A DNA stretch of 64,000 nucleotides, taken from contig NW_013547018.1 of the NCBI RefSeq assembly GCF_000711695.1, forward strand, positions 1 to 64,000. Direction: 5' to 3'. The first letter of the stretch is position 1; every line of letters starts with the position of its first letter. The notes below the pieces were generated by a model. It worked only from the letters and a program-made list of their open reading frames with translations. It did not search any database and was not told the DNA's origin. Positions 1 to 9,408 of the stretch are shown here, piece after piece. The DNA is from Tilletiaria anomala UBC 951 (taxonomy: Eukaryota). A program made the translations under genes and the position numbers.

Positions 1-722
1 TGAACACATCAAGCGCGTAGGAAAGAATCGTGGTTGAACCGGGCCGCTGCTCAACCTATACGCCTACCTTAATGCCAGCGTCCCATACGCTGCCTGCAGC
101 GCTTGCGCCGCACCACCACTGATGGGGCACTCGCTGCAGCCCGCTGCCGGACAGTTGCGAGCTTGTGCAAAATGGACACCATCCTGGTATGCTGTGTTCG
201 ACCCGCAAATCGGCAGGCAGGCAGAGAGCTTGAACAACCGTGCTGACCTTTCCTGCTTCGTTTGGATCGATACAATAGTCCCTTCCACTGAAACCTGGCA
301 GACAGACTCCCTCGCAGATCTCGTGACGGCTCCCTCTCGTGTAATATTTTGGTCGCATACTCGTTGCAATTTTGTCAGGCTTCGGCTTGCACCCAGCTTT
401 GAATTCCTGATGCTGCATGCTCCACTTTCATACAAGCAACAGGATTGCAAGGATCAGGCCGAGAACCTCGTTCAATCAGAAACAGGTCAGCTCACAATCT
501 AGCTCAGTCCTCGCAACAGCAATACGAGCAGCCATCCGCTCTTGATTGATGGAACAGGAGAAAGCATATGTTGCGGATCCGCGACGGAACAGAACCAAGC
601 CCGTCTATGCACCTACAGGAAGATAACTTGTCTTGCTTTTATCACTGGAAGACGGCGCCTCGAAAAAGCAAAGCAAGAGACTTGATCGTTCGGAGATTTC
701 ATTGCGCGCTTAGACGCTGCAT

Positions 723-1130
723 TTGATCATTATGCCAAATTCGCACTTCCTCTCGACTTTGCAGCAAAGCTGTCTACTCTCTGCGCAAAACCCTATCCAC
801 ACATGTGCCCGAACATGTCAGAAGGAATCAAGAAGTTCCCTTGCGTTACAGCGTCAACTGGTTGGTGTGATCTCCAATGACAAGGTGGCCGCGCAAGCAA
901 AGGAAGATGCCTTCTATTACTGGCTCAGTGTGCAACAGGAAATCAGTGCGCTGTGCATGAAAGCAGTGGTCGAGCTGGAGGAGTGGGACGCTTTGTTGCA
1001 CAAGACGGATAGGGATCAGGTGGGGAACCCGCACGCTCCGGAGGTCACAAACGCACGTCGCCCCTCAAGGAAACCGTCCAGTATCCGATGCTTCAACTGT
1101 AGAAAATGCGGGCGCATCGCAAGGCTGTGA
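723..1130 (+). mobile_element. Degenerate LTR-retrotransposon gag remnant (decayed CCHC zinc knuckle)
   Basis: ORF ends CFNCRKCGRIARL* (1089-1130) with exact CX2CX4HX4C spacing. The His position is CGC (one change from CAC) and the last Cys position is TGA (one change from TGY). No intact pol seen. Confidence 0.45.
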
Positions 1131-1628
1131 TATAGGACCCGGGATGGCAGCTTCAACGGAGATGGTGAAAGAACAAGCCATCGTTCGCTGGCAGTCCCCT
1201 CGAAAATCAGTAATAGCTTGACTGCATCGGTAGATGATTTCACTACTTAGTTGGAAGCATGGCCCATTCTTTCTTTTCCTCCAGCTGCAGAGGCTCTTCC
1301 CTCCGCCCTTAATACCGTGTCATCCGGCCGAGGATCGAAGCCAGCCGCGGTGAGCCACACGTCATCTCACATGATCCGATGAACTCGCTCCATCATTTTG
1401 GCCCACGAGCTGAGTGAGCGAAATAGCAGCGGGACCTTTTCGTGGGGCCAAGTCAACAAAGAATAAGGGAGCATGCTTAACACAGCTCTCATCACTTCCA
1501 ACGTCAGTGAAGCTAAGTCTTCTTTTGTTCGATGGCGGAAGGGATCATTCTGATTGGTAAGGTCATGTAAGCTCGCTGGCAGAATCGCAGGGCCAAGCCC
1601 TCCATGAAAGTCCGGGCTTAACATGGTT

Positions 1629-1633
1629 TATAA
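1629..1633 (+). promoter_or_regulatory. Putative TATA box of the hemerythrin gene, with upstream ACGTCA (CRE-like) sites at 1359 and 1501
   Basis: TATAA about 175 nt upstream of ATG 1805. Motif match only. Confidence 0.3.
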
Positions 1634-1804
1634 GAGCGCCACCCTTCAGGCTAGATGTCCGTTTTGCAGGCAGCGACCATGTTCGAGGCATCACGCGTTT
1701 CTCGCTCATGCAAAAAAGCTCCTAGCCCCTTCCCTCAGAGCAACGTTTTTCACGAGACCAAAAGCAGCAACAAAGCACGGTACCAAGCCCTCAATCTTTC
1801 GATC

Positions 1805-2705
1805 ATGGCTAACAACAGCACCAGCCATAGCAACGGGAACGTCCCCTTCAAGGACTTCCTCAAGATGATCAAAAATGAACACGAGAACATCAAGGACTGG
1901 AAGCACCGCTTCAATGCCGCGTTCGAGAAGAAAGACAGGGATGAGATGAGCAGAATCGCCAACAGCACCATCAGAAGCGCAGCTCTGCACGCCGACTCGG
2001 AGGAGGTCAGGTGAGCTCCACCTCGCTCAACATGATGAGTGTACTTGGCTACTTGATCTGCAATTCACTGTCGCATTTTCTTCGGAAGTGTGTACAAGGC
2101 GCTCGAGCAGCACGGCTTTAAGGAGCAGGCAGACAAGGACCGTCGAGACCACCAACACGTCAAGCAGCTCATGAGTAAGCTTGAGCAAACGTCGATCAAT
2201 GACTCTCTCGAACACTTCCACAAGCTCTTCAATGAGGCCTGCGATTTGTTCATCAAGCATGCGGACGACGAAGAGGACCCCAACGTGCACGGCTCACTCG
2301 TCCAGCTGCGCAACAAGGTCTCTGACGAAAGGGCAGCTGAGATCGGTGAGCAGTTCCTGAAAGCCAGGGTGAGCATTTTCCCTTATACTCAGCGAGCCTT
2401 TGTGAAACGAAATCAATGGTGCTACTTCTTCGCTTCCTTCCGCTGTTCATTCGTAGAAAATGGCTCCCGAGCGCCCTCACCCCGAAGCTCCACAGGGCGG
2501 CGGCATGGCCCAGAAAGCCGCCGCTGCTGTGACGAAGGCAACCGACATGTTCACGTCCGCCAACCACGACTATGCTCAGCCCAAGGTGGGCCCCATTACC
2601 CGCGTCTGCGCACAACCAAAGAGCCATTTCCGAAAAAGCTGACTGTTTGTCTTCGTCTGCCCGTGTTCCCTATCGTAGCACGATTTCCCCTCCGTCAGAA
2701 CTTGA
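1805..2705 (+). CDS. Hemerythrin / HHE cation-binding domain protein (4 exons: 1805-2010, 2089-2368, 2457-2585, 2679-2705)
   Basis: Spliced translation has the di-iron ligand pattern EH...LHADSEE...RDHQ...KHADDEE and the fungal HHE tail APERPHPEAP. Introns have GTGAGC/GTGGGC donors and AG acceptors that keep the frame. Confidence 0.85.
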
Positions 2706-3164
2706 AGAGTGTCATGGATAAGTTTTGCGCCGATCCATCACGAACACATCATTGTATTGCATTCGCTCAAGAAAATCCGATTCATTAATCCCCCTCGAAT
2801 CAACTGAGCTGACTTGGGCCAAAACAGCCAAGCTGGATGGCTGCTGATCGCGTTCAGGCTTGTTGTATGAGCTCCACATAGGAATTGAGTATTCGTAGCT
2901 CTGAGAAAGCACGCTCGTTAAGGACCGACCATGTCTCACGGTGGGACGGTGTGAGTAGACGTTAAGGATCAGGAAGCCGACATTATTGCAATGCCGCAAA
3001 GCGTTCCCAAATGACACACAAACCCATCGTTGATTCTTTCAAAGCTGTGAGGAGCGTAAGTAGTGATGTGGAGCTGATATTACAGAGAACCTTGGTACAC
3101 ATGGCGTGCAAAGTAAATCAAGAGTTTGAGAAAGCACGCTGCACTGGCCCACTTGCCTACTACC

Positions 3165-3512
3165 TCAGCTTGACTGGGTGTACGCCTCGTCATCTTCAAC
3201 AGAGCTGCTCTGCTGGTTGGAGCTGCGGCCTCCCTTACTAGCCATCTCAGACTGCACCGATGAAAAGAAGAAATGGGAGTTCAGCATCATGTTGTCAACT
3301 TCCTTGCATCGTAGAAGTTCATTTGTACTAAAGAGCAAGATACACACCACTTCTTCATGGGGCCTGTTAGACAAGGTACCGGTATGTCCCCCTGCAGCGG
3401 TCTGACCGTGGCCCACGACTTTGTCACCTGCAGAGCCGGCCTTGGACGCGATATCCTGAACCTCTTCGCGTGGACGGTTTGCAAAAGTGCCTGGGTTGCT
3501 GTTGGATGACAT
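3165..3512 (-). CDS. con-10: Con-10 / KGG-repeat stress- and conidiation-induced small protein (intron 3252-3347)
   Basis: Two repeats NPGTFANRPREEVQDIASKAG and GTLSNRPHEEV|SEMASKGG typical of Con-10/KGG proteins. 96-nt in-frame GT-AG intron; AT-rich TATA-like element near 3648. Confidence 0.85.
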   Translation of the reverse strand: MSSNSNPGTFANRPREEVQDIASKAGSAGDKVVGHGQTAAGGHTGTLSNRPHEEVVCILLFSTNELLRCKEVDNMMLNSHFFFSSVQSEMASKGGRSSNQQSSSVEDDEAYTQSS

Positions 3513-4321
3513 TTTGATCGGGCGAGCTATATGTGAAGGATATATTTTGGCTTTTTGGGAAGTCTGGTCCAAGAAGAGTAGTGCGAACGTAGACGAGTTG
3601 CTGGTGAGAGGCATCAAACCGAGCGAATAGCACAATCCGAGCACGCCTATTTAAACCGCCGAGCGAGCATGTCATCTCACGTCACATAGCCCTTCGATGA
3701 GGCGCTCAGCTATGAGAAATCTCCAGCGTCAAAGTTTTACGCAATCGTGGGGCCATGTTTGGCCATGATGGGACCCTTTCGCTTCCGTTGGACTCGCTTT
3801 GCAAGCACAAGCGGCTCGTCACCGCCGCTCGTAGAATGATAATCAGTCATCCGTGACGTATAGATCTAATATCACTTCGTGACCCTGTCCTACTGTCCAA
3901 AGCATGCAAACGTGCTTGCTCAGATGGATGTTGCTACCATGTCGTCACTCGGCCGAGTGCTGCGCATTGCTTCCTGACTTCGGAGATAGCATTGCGTTTT
4001 GAGCCTCTGCACCCTTAGGTACGTTTGGGCAAGCAGAGCATGTTCGAGAAGCGACTGTCAGAGTTCAGCGTGGTCAGCTGGGCCTATGGTCGAACTGCGT
4101 TTTGGAGGTCGGTGAAAGGAAAATCAAGAAAAGGCCGAAGGTTGTTAACGAGTCCAAGCAAGTCACATTCTCTGCGTAACTGTTGTTTGACCTTCAAGTA
4201 GGGTTATATGGTGTGCCATGTGCCTAACTCTTCACATCCCCTGTAAAGACAGAAGCTGATACACTATTTCCTCCTTCCCATTTTTTTCCTTTCGCATTCG
4301 ATGTCGGACGTTTGGGTCATT

Positions 4322-4390
4322 GTTACCTTTCAGCTTGTCCAAGATCTGCAACTTCGTCCTCAGCACCGTGATCTTGCGAAACTTTCCAGC
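4322..4390 (-). mobile_element. Possible pogo/Tigger (CENP-B N-terminal HTH) transposase fragment
   Basis: KFRKITVLRTKLQILDKLKG resembles the RKxxTLxxKLxILxxLxxG start of CENP-B/psq-type HTH domains. Very short match. Confidence 0.25.
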
Positions 4391-4605
4391 GCTACGTAGA
4401 ACCGGGGATTTATACAGCATGCATCTCATGTACACTCTTGATGAGGTGGGTTTGCTATCTGGAATAGTCGAAGACCAGACGTCCGGCGCGGCGAAAGCTT
4501 GCTGCACCCGTTCTGGCTCTCCTCGCACCCAATCATGAAGATAGAGCCTGCAGCGTCATACTGAACCATGGCTTCGCCTTTCTACCAGGCGGGCAACCGT
4601 ATCTA

Positions 4606-7600
4606 CACTCTCAAAAAGGTCACACCCGCCGGTGTCATCACAAAGAGCGCACATCCAGGTGAGGGACACATCACCGCCGCTCTTTCATGTCCATTGCAAC
4701 TCATCGCTCCTTCCTTCCCTTCGCACCTGCATTCGCGCCCTTATCCTCTCCCCTCTGTTCTGCAATGCTTTGCCGTATTTTTATCGTTTCGCTGCAGCTC
4801 GGTTTTCGCCCGATGACAAATTCTCCCGGCATCGCGTGACGGTCAAAAAGCGCTTCGGCGTTCTGCTCACCCAATCCCCCGCCAAGCCTATGTGAGGCGC
4901 AAGACCGCGCGTATGTGGCGCTCTGTCACACACTGCTACGAATCGCAGATTGATGTGCCTTAGCCAGACCTCGTCTACCTAGGCGCAGCCGATTCCAAGG
5001 GAATACATCGCGGGCATGCCCTTGCTCGTCGGCGGAAGCGTTCTGCCGGCTGGAGCTGTATTTGTACTCCACCACACGCATTTGTAATACCACTCGCATC
5101 GCATTCCGGGCTTTCTAACACCACTCATCGTCCGTCTGTATGACCAACATCATCCCTATCGGTGCTCCTTGTTCCCTCCAGTCGAGCGCGAGCATCGTGG
5201 CTGTTGCAGTCTGCACACACTACAAGAAGAAAGCTAAGGTTCCCCCTTTTTCCTTGTAAAATTATGCAGAAGCCGAAAAAGAAACAAAGAGCGCGCGTGC
5301 GCCCTCACCGCAATCCGAAACTTCCATCAGTGACGAGGGGCACCACGTACAGACATACGTGCAACTTACATATCACGTGTAAGTCGGCATCACACCATGA
5401 GTTCGTAACATATACATTGTGCACCAATAAAACGTCGCCTCCAAATCCCTCACTTCCACCATCCAACCTGCATCTTGCACAGTGGAAACTGTTGTTTGCC
5501 ATACACAGATCGTCCGCATCATTACCCAAGGCACCTTGCTTGCTCCCTGTCTCTAATGGGTGCGGATTCAAATTACCTATATTCGCTCGTCTGTCTTTTA
5601 AAGTCATTTCATTCGGGCGGACTAGTGAGCGAAGATCCAACACAGACATAGGAGGGTGGGTGGCAAGGGCAAAGGGATCTCCATGATAATCGTGTGCTTG
5701 CTATATTGCAGTGACATAGAATCAGCTCAAGAAACTCTCTATTGGTATGAAAATGCCAATTACAGAGGTATTTTTCCATGTCTGACCACCACCACCACCC
5801 TAGTGGCCCACGATGGGCATTGTGACAAGGCCTGCCCGGCACAGGGGATTAATCGGGGTTATCATATTGGGATTTTCCAGCCCAATATTCGCGAGCACAA
5901 TGAGTCCGTCAAAAGGAACGGGTGGCTTGCTGAAATCTTTCGTTTCCTGCATTACAAGGCCCAGGGTATGCCTGTGTCGTGTCATACCCGTGATTGGGAT
6001 TACCAGCCCTGAGTGTCCCCCGGACGACGTCATTTTTACACATGGAAAATCTGGACCCATCAAGGCATTGAAGGTCGAACAGAATTCCGCACCAAGCTTC
6101 AGTGCAATTCCGACTGCTGGCGTTCTTCCTGTCTATCCAGCTTGATGCCCGTCATGAATCAGCCCCCATTGCAAAGGCCCGTAGACTTTTGGCTTCGAAT
6201 ATCTCCGGTGTAGCGTGTTGTTGATTGCGTGTAGACGCAGTTGACAGCTTCGCAGGTTGATAGCTACAAAGAACAGGTGGGTTGAGGTAGGTAAACTGAT
6301 TGAAAGGCGACGAGATTGTGCCGAGCTTAGTGTTGGGACCACGTGCAACACTTGCACTGACGACAGGAACTCTTTCTCGTTGGGGCAGCAGAGCTGAAGG
6401 GACCAAATGGAAAGGGAATGTGTCTAGCTGCAGGGTGGAAATGAGTGAGAAGAAACAAAAGGGGTGGATGTGACATAAGCAGAGAAGTAACGTGTTAGCC
6501 TCTCTAACAAGGCCAAAGCTCGATCTGAAGAATGATGTCCTTCGTCGTACTTCCAGCTTGAATACATCCGATACCCGGAACTGGGTCTGCTTTGGGGGCC
6601 ATAAAGCATCGCTCAACGGAAATGTGATGAACTTCGGTGGGGTGCTCTTCGAAAACGGCATTTGCGCGCCTGAGAGCAGAGAATCGTGAGTCATGGCGGA
6701 AGGCCTCCTCCATCATCGCCTACGTCTGGCGGTTCGTGTCCAATGAGAATTGGGAAGGGTTGCATGCCTTGGCAGCGAGTGCAGCTTAATATTGATTTAT
6801 CTGATGTCACGGTGAGCTTGAGGGAACTGGCTGACTGGCGGGCGCATGTTTGCTTGATCGAAAGAGGCGACTCTTTGTGGCCGATGCGCAAATGGCTTTC
6901 ATGCCCATGCACGTCAATCGGCATCACTGGACACTGTTACTCACAGATTCCACTCATGAAGCGACGATCAGGTGCAATCCTATGTACCTTCAGGCATGCT
7001 TCAATATCCAAATGTGGATGACCCACACCGCAGACAAAAGGAAGCGATGGCTGTTTGATTGGTTGTCCCGGACGAAGACTTTTGGCAACTGCTCCAAGCA
7101 GAAGGACGGCCACAACGGCACAGTTCGTGCCTCCCAGGATGGATGATCTGGCTATGGGCAAGCATAGGGTGAGGCCGCTCCGGTGATCTTTCCAGGCCGA
7201 AGGCAGGTCTTGGATGAGGATCGAGTTGCTATTGTATATCAAGGATATGCCCGGAATCAATCAAATGGAATTTTGAGCTCCGTAAGTAGCAACTCTGAAA
7301 CCATGCAATACCTTCGGTAGCGATCCACTCCACATAATAGGAGACCATGCAAAGACTGGAAATCATGAAAACAGCTGGAGATTGTCAGACTTGCGGCGAT
7401 GAGATGGTTCAAGTGAATGAATATTGCTTCCTCCCCGTGCCAGGCCCCCTGAAAAATGCTTTCAATTCGTCGAAATTGCATGTATGACATGTGCGGAGCA
7501 AATGGGGGGGAGGGGGGATTGACTTCTATTGCAAACCCAATTGTACTCGAAGTGTGTGAAGGTGCAGATCCGGATGATGGAGATGAAGGCTTTGGAGGGG

Positions 7601-7643
7601 GAACCTTTTCCCTGCACAATCTATAGATGTTACCCTGAGAGTG
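4606..7643 (+). mobile_element. Decayed DNA-transposon relic carrying a Ulp1 (peptidase C48) pseudogene; possible CMC/CACTA-like ends
   Basis: No intact long ORF. Ulp1 motifs occur in order at 6609-7119. Imperfect inverted ends: CACTCTCAAAAAGGTCACACC at 4606 versus reverse-complement CACTCTCAGGGTAACATC ending at 7643. Confidence 0.4.
6570..7146 (+). pseudogene. Ulp1/SENP-like SUMO protease (C48) pseudogene
   Basis: SLNGNVMNF (cf. WLNDEVINF), FMPMHVNRHHWTLLLTD (catalytic His motif) and QKDGHNG (cf. QxDGxNCG; Cys codon now GGC). The motifs are split across two frames with a stop at 6689. Confidence 0.6.
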
Positions 7644-7867
7644 CAGTCAAAATGTTCGCACCGGCCGGGGGCCCCGGATGTGTTGGGAAGGTGGGCTGGA
7701 TGTAACCCTACTCAAGACATGATACTGACTTGCGTGTGGTTGTCAAGTGAGAGCCACATACGTTCCTGCGCTCCTCATTCTTCTCACACAGAGGTAGCAA
7801 GGATAGCACCGCCCCCCCTCACGCTGCGCATGTACAATTGCGCGAGGACTGCACGGCTGCAAATACA

Positions 7868-9249
7868 ATGGACCGGTTTACTAAGCTCGGCTCCGCCTTC
7901 AACGGCGGGGCGTCGGCAGCCGCGACGGCGGACGGCCCTACCCTCACAGCCCGTAAAGGGTTCCATCTGATCGGCGCTGCCTATTTCAACCCTGCAGACT
8001 TCAAGTTGGAAGGCATCTTTGTCGTCGGTGCGATCGCATATATCATCATCTTCGCCGTAATGAGGGCGAGAAACCGCAAAGCTGCGTACGCCTGGGTCCG
8101 GACAGCTATGCCGGAGCTCCAGGAAGAGTTTGCGCTCATTGCCAACCAGAATCCGTACTCCCGGGGTCCTTTGCTCTGGAATGGCGCTGGCGAGGCCGCT
8201 CTGTACGCTACCGGGAGACGTGGCGTAGATCGGTGAGGCGCTGTTATGTGACCATTCCCACCAAGTGCAAGCATTCAGACTGATATGGACGTGCGGACAC
8301 GTAGGTTCCAGGCGTTTTTCCACTTCCTGCCCCTGCACGACCCGCTTTTCATTATCGGCCGAGCGTTCTATGACAACTTTTCCGGTGGCCTATCCCACGA
8401 CCGGTCCACACTTACGCTCACCTTGACGCTGTCGCAAACAACAGACAATATTATTGGCGTCTTCGCGCTCGTCGACAAGTCGGTCCTGCGCGCCACGCGC
8501 ACCTCCAAGCGCTTCGACCTCACCTTCACGAAGCTCATCGAGGCTGAGAATGCTGCCACACAGCGAGGCCTGAGCAACCAGTGGGCTATCCTGAGTGAGA
8601 ACGGAGATCTGACGGACCTCTGGCTTGGCGAGATCAATGACAAAGGCCAGGCACAGAGACAGAAAGTTGGCATTCAAAAGTTGCTCGATGACTCACCCGC
8701 TGGCAAATGGCTTGAGAGCCTCGTCATTAGCGATCAGCCGACGGAAAAGCCGCCAGGGTACGTGCAGAGCCTTACATGACTGCTGAATGCATCCAATTTG
8801 ACCTCGATCGCTAACGGACGCTTGCTCTTATGATGTGCTTATTCAGGCCCCTTCTCCTTGAAGACCGCCCTCGCAAAATCACTCTCACGCTTCGAATGCC
8901 ACGGAGCGCCTCGCAAGCACGCGAGACACTTCCCCTACTCGGCCTTGCGCTCAGCCTTGCCGACGGCATCGCTCTCTCGACCGGCAGTCAGACATCTTCG
9001 AATCCGCCTCTTCGCATAAGGCAAGACACGTTGGCCCGCTTGCGCAAGACGCGCGCCGAGGTGGACAAGCAGCTGGAAGAGGAGAGCACACGCGAGGAGC
9101 GCGAAGCGGAGCAGGAGGCCAAAGCGGAGGCCAAAGCGAAAGCGGAGAAGGCCAAGTTTGAAAAGCTCAGTCCTGCCGAACAGGAGAGGAGGAAGGAAAT
9201 CGAGCGCAAGAGGGCGATGAAGAAGAGCATGAAGACAGTGAAGCATTGA
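7868..9249 (+). CDS. DUF1682 / CCDC47 family ER membrane protein (PAT complex subunit); exons 7868-8232, 8305-8757, 8847-9249
   Basis: Single N-terminal TM followed by RARNRKAAYAW...QEEFA, YATGRRG, and a C-terminal charged coiled coil ending KLSPAEQERRKEIERKRAMKK. Confidence 0.8.
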
Positions 9250-9408
9250 GCCTGCTTGGCCAAATGATTGTAAAAAGGCTACATCAACGACCGTTTGCCA
9301 AAGTTGTCAATTAGAGGGAGTGAGAAACATCTACTGGCTCATCATTCCCTGTTAAGCTCATGTTCCAGCGCTGGACCATCCAAGTCGTGATCCATAGGTC
9401 GATCGCGT

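Noticed and set aside
1350..1380. VSHTSSHM resembling the copia protease DSGASxHM motif downstream of the gag knuckle
   Set aside because: The catalytic DSG is absent, the match is too short, and it overlaps putative promoter motifs.
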